A stretch of DNA of 64,000 nucleotides, from NCBI GenBank assembly GCA_010909165.1, contig MU008178.1:818369-882368 (forward strand), written 5' to 3'. Under the pieces are notes generated by a model that was not told the origin of the DNA, did no database searches, and saw nothing but the letters and a program-made list of their open reading frames with translations. This document shows, one piece after another, positions 11,949 through 24,744 of the stretch. Within the stretch, counting starts at the first letter, position 1. Every line of letters starts with the position of its first letter. This stretch comes from Anthoceros angustus. Lineage: Eukaryota; Plantae; Anthocerotophyta. The translations under genes and the position numbers were made by a program.

Positions 11949-14900
11949 TCACAGTGGCATGACAGACAGATCTGCCGTGGACTCCATGTCGCAGCCTATC
12001 TGAGAGCTTAGTTCTTTGAGCATTTCAGCAACACGTTTGCTTGTGCTGTCTCCGACCCTAAACAAATGCACCTTCTGCTCATGTTCGATCCAGCTCTGCC
12101 CAGGTTTCTTGCGGGCACCTGTTCGTTGTCTGAGGTCATGGATCTCCTTGGCCCGCTCCCACATACCAGCTTGGGAGTAGATGTTTGCCATCAACACATA
12201 TGGTGATGAATGTTTCGGCTCCAAACGTATTGAGCACTCGAAGGCCTGTTTCCCTAGCTCCACATTGCCGTACTTTTGGCAGGCGCCTAGCAGGGACAAC
12301 CAAACTGTCAGATCAGGCTCCATGGGCATACTTGACAGAAGCGCTTCAGCCTTGCCGAAGAGACCTGCACGGCCAAGGAGGTCTACCATGCATGCATAGT
12401 GGTCAAGTCCTGGAGAGATGCCATGATCTCTTGTCATGGTTTCGAAGTATCCAAGGCCTCTGTCCACCATGCCAGAATGGCTGCATGCCGATAAGAGTGA
12501 CACAAATGTGACTCCATTGGGCTCCATGTCTGCCTGTAGCATCCGCTCAAAACACTCGAAGCACTTTCCACATTCGCCCTGTCGTGCATATCCTGCCAAC
12601 AATGCACTCCATGCTATTGCGTCAGGGTTGGGCAACAAGTCAAACACCTGCTGCGCATCCACCATGCTCCCACATTTCCCATATGCATGAATGAAAGCAG
12701 TTGCCACCACAAGATTCCACTCCAATCCATATTCAGCCCTCTCATGGTAGATCTGACGGCAAATGTCCAGAGCCCCAGAGTTACTGCAAGCTCTCAGGAT
12801 GCAGACAAACGTACTCTCATCAGGTTTCACACCATACGCCTGCATTTGAGCATACACCTCTAAAGCCTCGTCACTCTGTTCTTGGTCAGCATAACCTGCG
12901 ATCATAGCATTCCATGACACCACACGGCGTTCAGACAAATTGTCAAACACATGCCTTGCCTCCTTGACACTACCACAACTTGCATACATGTGAATAACGG
13001 AGGTGCTAACGAACGCATCTGAGGCATAACCCATGCGGACAATCTCATCGTGGATTGCCCTGCCTTTCCGCAGCGACTCCGCTTTCACGGACTCCTCACC
13101 CACAAGCATGCTACCTTCCTTGGCTGCCAGGCTGCTACATGCTGTGAGTACACTCACAAAGGTCCGTTCGTTAGGCCTTACTCCTCCTTCACGCATTTGA
13201 GAATACAGCAGCAAAGCTGCATCACCTTGTTCTTGCTCGGCGTAACCTTCAATCATTGCATTCCAAGACACCACATTGCGCAGGGACAACATGTCAAAAA
13301 TATGACGCGCATCCTCAATCTTCCCGCAGCTTGCAAACATATGCAAGGCACTGCTACCAACGAACACATCCGATTCATAACCCCCTTGTAGAACATCACT
13401 GTATATGGCCTTCCCCTGCTTCAGTGACTCCACTTTGACTGGTTTCCCATCCACGAGTTTGCTTGCTTCGTTGTCTGCAAGGCTACTGCATGCTGTGAGC
13501 ACACTCACAAATGTTCTGTCATTAGGTGTCAGCCCTTCCTCTTGCATTTTGTAGTAAAGTTGCACTGCTTTCTCGCCCTGTTCATGTTCCGCATACCCTG
13601 CAATCATCGCATTGTATGTCACAACATCATGCTCAGACAAGGTGTCAAAAACCTGACAAGCATCCACCACGCTCCCACAGCTTGCATACATGCTTACAAG
13701 GGCGCTACGGACAAACACGTTGGATTCATAGCCTTCGCTGACAACCGCATCAACTAATGCCTTCCCCTTCTGAAGGGACTGAACCTTGATCAATTGCCCA
13801 TCTATACGAGTGCTTGCTTCACAGGCTGCAAGGCTGCTGCAGGCTTTGAGAAGGCTAACATAAGTCCGAATATTTGGACTAACACCCTCTTGCTGCATCC
13901 GGGAGTAAAGCTGCAAAGATTCCTCACCCTCTTCCTGGTCGGCATAACCTGCAATCATGGCATTCCATAACACTGCATCACGTCGGGGTAATGCATCAAA
14001 TGCATTCCTTGCATCCACAATGCTACCACAGCTCGCATACATACTCACCACAGCAGACGCAACATACACATCTGACTGAGAACCTATCCTCTCAACTTGG
14101 TCACACACTGCTCTCCCCTTTTCCAGCGTCTCAGGTTTCAACATCCTCCCACCCACAGCTGTGCCCGCCTCTCTGTCTGCGAGGCTGCTACATGCTTTCA
14201 GCACGCTCACAAAGGTCCGTTCATTGGGTGTGACACCTTCTGCTTGCATCCGGCCGTAGAGCTCCCAAGCTTTCTCAGCCTGGCCTTGCTCTGCATATCC
14301 AGCAAGCATGGCATTCCATGACACTACACTGCGATCCGGCAGCGTATCAAACACCCGACAAGCATCTGAGATGCTCCCACAGCTTGCGTACTTATGAATG
14401 AGAGTGTTTCCAACGAACACATCCGACTCACATCTGTACTTGAAAGCATCACCATGTATCCGCTTAAGCTCTCCTAAGCTGCTGCAGGATTTGACAAGGC
14501 TGAGAAAGGTGTACTTGTTTGGCTTCACACCTTCCTGCAACATCTGCTGATAAAGCCTCAGAGCTTGCTGACCTTGCCCAGATTTCTCGAACCCTGCTAT
14601 GATCTCATTCCACGGGAAGACACTACGTCTGGACAATAGAGTGAACTCTTGCATGGCATCTGCAAGGCCTCCACACTTGACGAGCGTGCTGACCACAGAT
14701 TCTCCCAAAAACACATCCGAAGCCATCCCACTCCTCTTGATATGAAGTAGGACTTGTTTGGCCTGAGGCAGAGCTCTCTTCTTCGAGCATGCTTGCAGAA
14801 TATACCTGTAAGTCTGAACCGAAGGGACGCTGCCTTGCTGATCCAGCTGAAACAGAGTTTCCAGTGCCTTATCCAACCGTCCCTCATCACACAGACTCTT

Positions 14901-15182
14901 GAGTGTGGACGAATCCGCGGCATCGGACCCCTTGTTGCTGCAAACACTCTGCCATTTGGCTGTCAATGAGATGGTAGAAGCCATCCGTCGGGTGGTAGAT
15001 GAACACGGCTCAACCACGCGGCTCAAATCCCGGCATCTACCATGCCATCCATCCCCTAGGTCACAAAAACCCTTTATTATGGATGCAAGTGGATATGCTT
15101 TGTGTGGGCCTGTGCAGTCCTGTAGGGAAGATGTTCTCTCTGGAAGTGATGCGTTTGTGTAGTGGGAGCTGTTCCAGCCCAT
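11949..15182 (-). CDS. PLS-class pentatricopeptide repeat protein, E/E+ subclass without a DYW domain (organellar RNA-editing specificity factor)
   Basis: Intact ~1080-aa frame with P-L-S triplets, P2-L2-S2 (HYACMVDLLGRAG), E1/E2 and PG box KKPGQSWIE; it stops before any HxE..CxxC deaminase. ATG at 15182, though an upstream exon is possible. Confidence 0.95.
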   Translation of the reverse strand: MGWNSSHYTNASLPERTSSLQDCTGPHKAYPLASIIKGFCDLGDGWHGRCRDLSRVVEPCSSTTRRMASTISLTAKWQSVCSNKGSDAADSSTLKSLCDEGRLDKALETLFQLDQQGSVPSVQTYRYILQACSKKRALPQAKQVLLHIKRSGMASDVFLGESVVSTLVKCGGLADAMQEFTLLSRRSVFPWNEIIAGFEKSGQGQQALRLYQQMLQEGVKPNKYTFLSLVKSCSSLGELKRIHGDAFKYRCESDVFVGNTLIHKYASCGSISDACRVFDTLPDRSVVSWNAMLAGYAEQGQAEKAWELYGRMQAEGVTPNERTFVSVLKACSSLADREAGTAVGGRMLKPETLEKGRAVCDQVERIGSQSDVYVASAVVSMYASCGSIVDARNAFDALPRRDAVLWNAMIAGYADQEEGEESLQLYSRMQQEGVSPNIRTYVSLLKACSSLAACEASTRIDGQLIKVQSLQKGKALVDAVVSEGYESNVFVRSALVSMYASCGSVVDACQVFDTLSEHDVVTYNAMIAGYAEHEQGEKAVQLYYKMQEEGLTPNDRTFVSVLTACSSLADNEASKLVDGKPVKVESLKQGKAIYSDVLQGGYESDVFVGSSALHMFASCGKIEDARHIFDMLSLRNVVSWNAMIEGYAEQEQGDAALLLYSQMREGGVRPNERTFVSVLTACSSLAAKEGSMLVGEESVKAESLRKGRAIHDEIVRMGYASDAFVSTSVIHMYASCGSVKEARHVFDNLSERRVVSWNAMIAGYADQEQSDEALEVYAQMQAYGVKPDESTFVCILRACSNSGALDICRQIYHERAEYGLEWNLVVATAFIHAYGKCGSMVDAQQVFDLLPNPDAIAWSALLAGYARQGECGKCFECFERMLQADMEPNGVTFVSLLSACSHSGMVDRGLGYFETMTRDHGISPGLDHYACMVDLLGRAGLFGKAEALLSSMPMEPDLTVWLSLLGACQKYGNVELGKQAFECSIRLEPKHSSPYVLMANIYSQAGMWERAKEIHDLRQRTGARKKPGQSWIEHEQKVHLFRVGDSTSKRVAEMLKELSSQIGCDMESTADLSVMPL

Positions 15183-15585
15183 GATTGATGGAATGCGTGC
15201 GGCTGTGCGGTGTGGACGTCTTCTCGGTGGTGTCGCTGACACCTACTTCTTGCCAGGTGCGAGCTGATCTCCGCGTCCCGAATGGAAGTGTAAGCGTTGT
15301 CTTGCCTCTAGATTGGCACGTGAACATCTCGTCATTGTTCATGCTGTCTCAAGGTAGGCAGATACTACAAACGTTCTGAGGATGATCCAGCCTATCGGTG
15401 AAGAAGAAAACTCCATTATTTCACCTGGCTGACGAATCCTCACATGATGATTGCTTGAGGATTCTTTTGTTGAAGTGGACGAGGAGTGTCGTGTTGAAAT
15501 GGAATGAAGCTAGTGGGTGGTTAGTTGGTTCTGTCTCTCGGATTTTGGCCTTGCAACCAAATTGTAGGGCGGAGACTTGGCGGGA

Positions 15586-16160
15586 GAAGGCGGCTCCCAA
15601 CAAGGTTACCGTTGCCCCAGGAAGCCTCCCCTCCACGGCCCTGGGCTCCGCACAGCTCACCAGCGTCCCAGGGATCCGCCTGTCCCACCAGGTGATCGTG
15701 AAGGAGTCCAAAAACATGCGAGGGCGAGTTCATGATCACGGACCTGAGCAATTGCAGGGTAGAGCTCAGAGGCACATGCCAGGCGCCCTTCATCCGTAGA
15801 GTGACGGACTGCCAGATCTTCGCCGGTCTCGTTACCTGCGTTGTTTTGTGGAGGGAATGTTTTGATGTTGGATTTGCCCCAGATACGGATTCCAACGGAT
15901 CGCCGACGCGGATTTCTATCTGCGAGTAAGGAGCAGGCCTGTGGTGCAGCATACTCGAGGGTGAGATGTGCGGCCTGCGCTTTCCGGTACCAGGTTGTGG
16001 ATTGGCATTTGGAGGCTTGATTGCAACTGAGTGTGAAGACGGGGCCTTGGGAGAATGTGGACGACTTCCGCTGGCTGGGCTCCACGCCGTTCCCAAGTTG
16101 GCTTGTGATTTCAGGTTACAGTGTCTGGCCGGGGATCTTGGGAAGGTGTGGAGGATCAGC
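15586..16160 (+). pseudogene. Truncated tubulin-folding cofactor C pseudogene (C-terminal part only)
   Basis: Aligns to 41025-41630 (QLTSVPGIR.LSHQV, GEFMITDLSNCRVELRGTC); N-terminal half deleted, with internal deletions and frameshifts. Confidence 0.9.
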
Positions 16161-16497
16161 TGGTTTCTGCAAAAGAGGGCGGGTTGCAAGCCGGAATCAC
16201 TGAGCCTGTTTTGGGTGAATCTCCCCTTCATAATCCGCCTAAAAAAACTCACACAATTATCAAAACGTGTGTAGGTATCTACATCACCTGTGTGAGAGCG
16301 TATCTACTGGTATCACTGAAGTTGCCTCCGCCCCACGGTAGGTCATGGCAGCCACTTTGGACTGGCAGGAGTTATTCCATGCCATAGTCGTGGCTTCGCC
16401 ACTGGGAGACATGTCAACTATCTAACTGGGCCAACATCGCTCAAGAAAATCATGTATCTACCTAGGCTAAAGCACGACTTCCAGTGTGCAAAACTCC

Positions 16498-19400
16498 TCA
16501 TCGCCTTTGAAAAGTTGAGGTACTTGATGCTGAAGCCGAAGACAAACGCAAACAAACAACGAATCCCACATGCGCTACTACCACCCAGTCCAGAAAACCA
16601 GAATGCATCCCCATATCGTGTTGCAGAAATTCTTTCACCGTCTGGACAGAGGTACCATCCGGCAGTACTAAAGGGCTGTCGATGTCACCCAACTGAGACC
16701 CAACCAAACCATACAATGACCATGCCACAGGGTTGGCCCAATAATACCACCGCCACCAGATAGGGATTTGCTGCGCCACAACAAAGAACACACGACCACA
16801 TTTAGCCCACCTTGTACATCTGGAACAGCAATTTGTGAGGCAAGCCAAGAACTCCACTTACAGGACGCTGGATCATAAACCCTGCAAACAGATTCCACAC
16901 TCCATGGAAGGCGGATGACACGACAGTGGCCACTTCAAGGTTGGGCGTGAAGGAGACGGTCATCATCCCATACAGGGTAAAGTACAAAAGGGTGAAATAG
17001 CTGAAGAAGAGGAAGTAAAAGAATTTGGCTGCTGTCCACTCAAACTGGAACATGGAATAGACAATTACGCAATAGATAATAGTCTGGAGGAGTACATAGG
17101 GCAGCTCAATAACCACCTGCATCCCGAAAGTGCCCAATGTCAGTTCCAGCATAGGTCAGCGACAATCACAGAAGCAATCTAGCAGAAAGTGTGTATCTTA
17201 CTTGGCCAAAAGCGTAAGGCATTGCAGAATACATCCTGCCGCTCGTTCTCGGTAAAGACAGTTCTCTCAACCGAGACAACTGGCTGTATTGTGGATGCAT
17301 CGTTTAGTCCAATGAACAAGACGGCGGCATACAAGGCACCCATTACGTTGGAAACATCTTGAAAAGTTGAGCTGCAACAAGGAGGAACAATTTCAGTCCA
17401 AAACTGTCAGGTGCGGCCTCTCAGAATAAAGAAACGCGGGAAGGACCACCTACTGTTTCTTCCCCAAGCCCCAGAATATCGAGCCCAGCAAAGGGCAACA
17501 ATAATCGTGTAGAAAAATCCGAACAGCGTTGTGCGGAGGATTGCGCCAGTAGGACTTATGCTGCTTCCACAAGGTTGCTTGGCACTGGATCCAGAAAGAC
17601 TGTGCAAATTTGGTTGGAAACTGCAGCTCCTTGCGTCCGATCGTGGCTTGCTTAACTCCTCAATCAGCTCCTCGTTGCGTCTGCGGTAGGAAGCAGCCCA
17701 GTGGTTTTCAGCAAAATCTGAAATCTTGAGAGTTAATTACCACGACTGAACAAACAACTCGTGTCATGAGGTCTACCGATAGAGAGTCGATTGTTTATAC
17801 ACTTCAGCGAAATCAACACCAAGACGCTCCTCTTCCGACGCTGAGGTAACTTCCAACATCCATGTAGCTGGATTGTAACCATCCGGGATCTTAGGAACCC
17901 CTCAACGGCCTGCGATCAGCGGAGAATGTAGGCGACAATACAGTTAGAAGAAATGTAACACCTGCATGCTAATGAACGCTAATTTGGAAACATCAGAATA
18001 CGAACCTCAAAATAGGAGATAAGCTGGTTGGACTGTCTGCCCAATGGACCGGTGTAGATAACTCGTCCTCCTCTTTTCATCAACAAGAGCTGTAAAGTGG
18101 ACGATCATTAGAAACTGTGGCACGTTGCAGGATTTCACCAGCTTCGCCAGTAGTATCGAGCAGCAAATTTAATCACCACGGACCTCATCAAAAGCCTCGA
18201 ATATGTCGATGCTTGGTTGGTGAATGGTACACACCACAGTTCGACCAGTGTTAACAGTGTTCCGAACTGTCCTCATGACAATCGCTGCAGCACGGGCGTC
18301 TAATCCGGAGGTTGGCTCATCCATGAATATGACTGAAGGATTAGCAACAAGCTCCACAGCGATGGTTAGCCTCTTTCTTTGCTCTGTTGAGAGACCGGTT
18401 ACTCCTGGGAGACCGACCAAGGCGTCTCTCAGGGGACTTAGCTCCACAAGATCGATGACTTGATCAATAAACATCTGCACCACACCAAGAACACAAGTTG
18501 CTTTGGGCTTCAACGTTGCTTGTAAGGGGTGCGTCAGGATCAGGGGCTTGCTAGCTTGTGATCATGAGTGCTTACCAGTCGAGTCTTGGCATCAATGTCA
18601 GATGATAAGCGAAGCCAAGCAGAAATAAGATGGACTCGTAAACAGTTACGTTCGGTGAGTGTATGTCCTGCTGCTCACAGTATCCAGCAATCCGTGCAAA
18701 GGTCTCCTGTTTCTTGGGAAATCCGGACAAGCTGATCGCACCCTCAATATACCTCCTGTTTTCGTCCTGCCAATACATCCATTAGTGTCGTCTTCCTGCT
18801 CCGCTTACACCCATCAGTGCTGTTAAAACTCCTGGCTGGAACACTCCACTGATATTGTCCAACAGGTGCAGCCTGTTTTCAACAACCCTTGCTGCTTCAT
18901 CTCCTGCAACCAAAATTAGACACGAAGGTAAGTATGTGCACAAATGAATGTGACGACGACTTCCATAAGAAATTTATGGGTCTATTCAACCATGCAAAAC
19001 TTACAGGAGGCGTGTCCACGTAGTAGTTGATATCGTGAAAAGTTAATGCTAAGGGCTGGAATGGCAAAACCATTCCTTCTGAGGACCACCGATCTGGGAC
19101 AGTTCAATGTCATGAGAGGCAGGACGACCTGAGACACAGATTGATTAATATTGCCTGATCGCCTTACGGATTCGTGGGCTCAATGTCATCGTGAGAATAA
19201 CATAGAAAACACATAGCTAGATCTCAATTCTCATGGAATGAAGGGTACCGGTGTTACCGTCCTGGATGGAAGCAGTGGACGTTTCTGAGCTTGAATCGGA
19301 AGACCTCTCCTCAAGCATTTCCTTAGATACGGTTGCTTGGGACTTTCCAGTGGCTGCATTTCACCGCAGAAGGCAACAACCAGTAATCAGCTTATACATG

Positions 19401-22400
19401 TTGCTTGGGGTCTGAACAATAAGAGAATTCAGAAAGACCAGTTTAGACTGACGGATTACGAAGCCACATGAAGACAGCACCTATATCAGACACCGTAGAG
19501 GCTATTCCAGAGGCACTGAAGTGTCAAGTTGTCTCACGACTATGCATAGACTTCTGAACTTGAAAGATTGAAAGACTTACGGCTCAAATATTGAAGCGCC
19601 AACGTAAACAAGACATTGAAGAGGATATTATAACCAATGAGAGCAAGTGCTCCAATCCAAAACCATCTCTTATCTCTGAACATTCCGCGACTCTCCAGAA
19701 TCTGCTCGCCTATAGTCCACGCTGTTTGTCCATCCAAGATGAATTTCTGATGAAGAAACAGAAGTGGAAGCGTGAGATGGATTAATTTGTAGATTCATCA
19801 AGCACATTTTGAGCAGAATGCAAGAATCTGGCCGTAAGTACGTACCTTGGACCACCGAGGGCAAGAAACTCGTTTACACTGACAGCATTTTGACCGTACA
19901 TCATAGGCGATATCCAGTAGCCCCAAATCCACCACGGATGGATGTCCTCTGTTAGCACAACAAAACGTTAGGCCTTCAATTTGGAATCCGGAAAGAGGAG
20001 TGCCTCAGGTGTATCATTTCAGAAATAAGCCACTTACTTCTCGACATAATGAAACCTCCAAGTACGAAGACAATCAGGAGGAAAACGAGCCGACTGTGTT
20101 TGCTACGACCAGCGTCCCACTAATTGCGGCAATGAGTCTGAAAAGTCCTAAAGACATTTGATGGACCAAGAAGAACAAAAGAACTGGGAGAAAAATCTGC
20201 AATATGCACAGGTCCACAGAGAGTGATGATTAGAGATAAGAATCCTTGTAAGTTGATTGATGCCCGCAAATATATCCAACAAACTAATTGCCAAGCGGTT
20301 CAGGTCAATAGATCTAACCTGCTAGGCTCAAAACCAATAACATAGTATGTTAGAATGACCCAGATGCCTGATTCCAGCAGCGATAGAGGAACTTTTAGAA
20401 TCCAAGTAGGTAAAGTGAACGCCCACGCTGGGTACAAAAGCAGGTCCCTTTGCTTGTAGTACACTGGGAGTCGGTTTATAGTCATGACTAGCTCAGCAAG
20501 ACCATTGAACATCACATTGATCAGACCGAAAAGAGCCCCCATGTATTGCGATCCATCATTAACAGTGCCGTGATGCATTTCTGTGCGAAGAAACACTGTC
20601 ATAGTGATGCTGGCGACAATGGTTATCTGTGGGATGGTGACATACCGAGAAAGTCAGTCAAAAATATCCAGCCTTATCATGTAAATCAAAGACCTTTAAA
20701 TCTGAGACACATGTGCAGCAGCTCACCTGTACAACTTTGAAGACATAGACGAAAAGATTCCGCCGCAACAGGAGGACCTCTGTGGAGAAGCATGCCTTGA
20801 ACAGGTCCGCAGAACTGAGAGCATATTTCTTCTTGACTAACGCTGCAGGGTGACTTCTGGTCTTATCAAACGGGATGAGCATTTCGTAAACGAGCTCTTT
20901 TCCCACATGGAACCTCTTGAATTCAAGTGCGAAGGTGGGCACCGAGACATAAGCGTACGGTTTGGATTTATCAGACCAATACTGCTCTTGATCCTTTCTC
21001 GACGTCACCTGCAATTCGAAGACTTCACTGTACTTTTCCTCCTTTAAAACCATGCATTTCCAAACAACTACTGTACTCCTGCAGGCAAGATCACAATAAT
21101 ATCTGAGCATGCCACATTGTTAAAGTTAGTTTCATACCTCCTGCAGAAAATCGGCCACGCCCTTTCTGTCTGGACAAGTAAATCCCATCTCTTTAAAGAA
21201 GTCCAGAACTGAATTACGTGGTCCTTGATACACAATCTGGCCTTCAGAGAGAAGTATGAGGTCGTCAAACAGTTCGAAGGTTTCTGGTGCAGGCTGAAGT
21301 AGTGAAACCACCATGGTTCCATCCAGAAACTGTACAGACTGGCGCAGGAACTTCACGATTTGAAAGGTTGTCGAGCTATCAAGCCCCGTGGAGATTTCGT
21401 CCATGAAAAGAGCCCTGGCGGGGCCCACTAACATCTCCCCTGAAAATTCGCCACAACTCTTGGATCATCGCTCTACCTCCCGTCCCGTTGCTGGCTGTTT
21501 GCATTACTATCACTTTTACAAAACAAAAGTGAAGGGAAAAAACTAACCCGTAGTCACGCGCTTACGCTGTCCTCCTGAGACGCCCCTCATCATCTCATTT
21601 CGACAATAGTGTCCGCGCAAATTTCCAGGCCCAAGGTCTGTCATTGACAAATTAATCCGCACATAAGCATAATTACAATCGACTCCCATTTGCCCCATGG
21701 ACCTGCAGAAGCTACGCTAACTGACCTTTAGAATGCAGTCAGTTATGATGCTGGTAGTGGATCCTTGGACAGTTGCTGCCTGCAAAAGAGTCATACAGTT
21801 TTTTATCATGGGTTGAGTTGGTAAGCCGTTTCTCTCAATTCACCATATGGGAACTGGCCATTTCAAACTACCTTCATGAACGCGTCCAAATCCACATCCG
21901 GCTTGATGCCCTGCGCCCTCTCTTTCTCTAGAAGTTCAACTAGCATCCCTGCAAGATATTTGATATAGTAAGGATTTGCCAAGTCTTAATAATCCAACTT
22001 TGTATAAAATTGTTCCCATGTGACCCTTGCACCAGGTGATACAAGGTGAGTGGAGCATCGGAGTGGAGTATCTTACCATACCGTGCGCCAACACCTTGGC
22101 ATCTACCATAAAAATTGAGTGTTTCTCTAACCGTCATTTCACCAGCTTGTAGATCATTCTGGCTAATGTATGCCGAGGTTCTTCGGGGAACAAACTCATG
22201 TAGATCGTGGCCGTTGTATGTGACACCGCCTAATTTCTACAAATATACCCATTGAATGAGAGGGGGACTCAAACAAAGATTCAATGGCGCAATATCAAAA
22301 TAATTCCTTGGGCATTTATTAGAGCTACCTTGAGTTTGGGGTCTAGCTTTCCCGCCAAAGCAAGTAGGAAGGTGGTTTTCCCAGCATTTGGTGGCCCAAG

Positions 22401-23359
22401 AAGTAAGGTCATCCTGTCAAAATTTAAAAATTGTGTGAGATTATTGTGAGATGTGCCACTCACCCTTTGACCTCTGCAAGGTTATAAACAAAGAAAAAGA
22501 GAATTACACGGAGAGGAATGTGGCAATACCTTTTGGGACGAATAATCCCGCTTACTTCTTGCAAAATGGTAAGCTTTTGTTTCCTCGAAGGTGCTAAACC
22601 AATTTTCTCTAGTATTCCCTAAGCAAATTGTTCCATTCAAACATAAGAAGCATGCTATGTAAGAGTATTTTAATTGTAACCACACCATTCTCATTATTGA
22701 TAGATCATCTTTCCTTTGTTGTTTTCAATTATATTTATCTATCAAATTATCTATCTATCTATTTATGCAATCTCTCTACATCTATCCAATTGTTGTCATG
22801 TGTGCACACCTAGGAAAGCTGGAAAATTTCAGCACACAAAAAAGAAGCCCTCACCTCTGCTAAATTAAGTGTGGAGTTGAGGATTGTGGGAAGTGCTCGT
22901 TGGCCGACATGAACCATTGCTGTTACCGTTAATTGCTCAAACCGCACTTCAATTGTAGGCAACTCAATTCCAACTCTGCACATCCAATTCACATAAATCA
23001 ATCACTTGTAGTTTGATCTTGGGAGACCCCAATTATGCATGCTTTAACACTACAAACACAAATAGACATATTAAGGCAATTGATGTCTAGCATACGATCA
23101 AACGATTAATATTTTTAAGAAACCACTCATTGTCCTCCGCACTCTTGAGCCGCATGATGTTGGCAAGCAAGGCCTGCCTATCTTCAACACTAAGCCTTTG
23201 AACATCAACCTTTTGCAACGTGCTGATGTTACTCTCATTTACACTATGAAAAATTGCCGTTCGCACACGCCTATAGGTGGAGAGATTCTCTAGCGCAGCC
23301 CATTGGAGCTCCTCCTCCTCCTCCACCTTGTCTTCCATCCTGAAAGAGTGGGCGGCCAT
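16498..23359 (-). CDS. Full-size ABCG / pleiotropic drug resistance (PDR) transporter, copy A (apparent frameshifts)
   Basis: [70 protein letters not shown]-terminal NFQRR; many GT-AG introns. Several small indels are absent from copy B. Confidence 0.75.
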
Positions 23360-23489
23360 GGCCTCCACAACTGCGTCTCTAGCTCCCCGCCTAGGTGGAA
23401 ACAAAAGAATTCAATCAAACCTGAGAGCCTCTCTAGATATAAGGGAAGTTATAGTTAGGAACCTATTCATCTTGGAATCTATCTCCCAG

Positions 23490-23745
23490 CATAGTATAAT
23501 ATGTTTGTACCACAAATCCATATAGTGTTATATTTCTATACCATAAATCTTAAAATAGGGCTAATCTTAAAATATCAGTAATTCATGTTCTAGAATAGTA
23601 TTATATGTTTATACCACACATTTATGTAATAGTATATATACCGTAAGTCCTAAATAATAATAATAATAAATATCTAGAATAATATTAAATATATTACATA
23701 ATTCTATATATTATTATATTTGTATACCACATATCAGTATTTTTG
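23490..23745. other. Very AT-rich island with short internal repeats (TAGTATTATATGTTTATACCAC-like) upstream of ABCG copy A; duplicated at 35069-35320
   Basis: Sharp compositional contrast with the ~50% GC flanks; contains an (AAT)n tract. Confidence 0.6.
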
Positions 23746-24744
23746 AACTGTCTGCTTTTCGCTTTGCTCAGTCTCAACCTTGGTATGAGTCGATGCGTTC
23801 TCCGGGAGGCGCATTTCGCGTAGCCATGCATGTGGAGGTTAGGCTAGAGGAGGCCAATGTGCTAGTGTACTTACTTATGGGGTTACAGATCAACAAGGAC
23901 ATGCAGCAGGCTGTGTTAGCACAGGTGCCCCTGTCGGTGCCCCTGCTCTCCGACAGACAGCTCTCGGATCAACACTCTCCAACTGCATTCTCGCCGGGCT
24001 GAGGAAGAGCTTTCATATCGGCTGGCCATGATATACTAGATGTTCGTGCTGGATGATGAGCTGTTCGTTGCCACATAGCGGCTCACTGATATGAGAGCAG
24101 AGTTTCTGCTGGATACTACAGTCTCTGTAGACAAGAGGATAATCTGTCAGAAACGGGTATCATGGAATGGACAAGGCATCAACTCTCACCAGCTCAGAGT
24201 GGGAAAGAATGTTGGCTTGCTACGGAGTAATTGAACTCCTGCAGCTTTCCGCTGTGTTATGCCCACTAACTTGTTTGTGACTCCTCTGTCGATGTTCGTG
24301 CTGAAGTACCTACTTCAGGTTCCTGTCCTACCCCGTTCCTCCTCGTTCCAGGTATGCCAGCCACAGGCGTTTTTGCAACACCTGTCCGAGCCCTGGTCTT
24401 CGAAGCCCTTTTGGGTTTTTTGCTTTTAGAAGGAGGTGTCACATTCACTGAGACAGTGTGAGGATTTTCTTGTCCATCACCTGCACGTGTCTTCCTTTTT
24501 GCTGTGGTCTTGCCTAGCACATCATCCTTAGCGAGTTCAGCTTGCTTGCGCTTCTTTGAACTTGGCCCATTATCTTTCCTCTTTTCAGCCCTAACCCCCA
24601 CTGAGGGGCTGAGGATCTGGTTTCCAGGTTTGGTTACAGTTCCCCCCTTTTAACCTGCTTTGGACTTCCTTGAGGCTTCATTCCTTCCTGTCTCTTTGCT
24701 AGGCTACTCCCTGGGAACCTGGACAGGAACTTTCTGTTTGGCTG

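Noticed and set aside
23385-23400. Helitron 3' CTAG terminus at the ABCG-A 5' end
   Set aside because: No GC-rich subterminal hairpin; the pyrimidine tract plus TAG fits a splice acceptor better.
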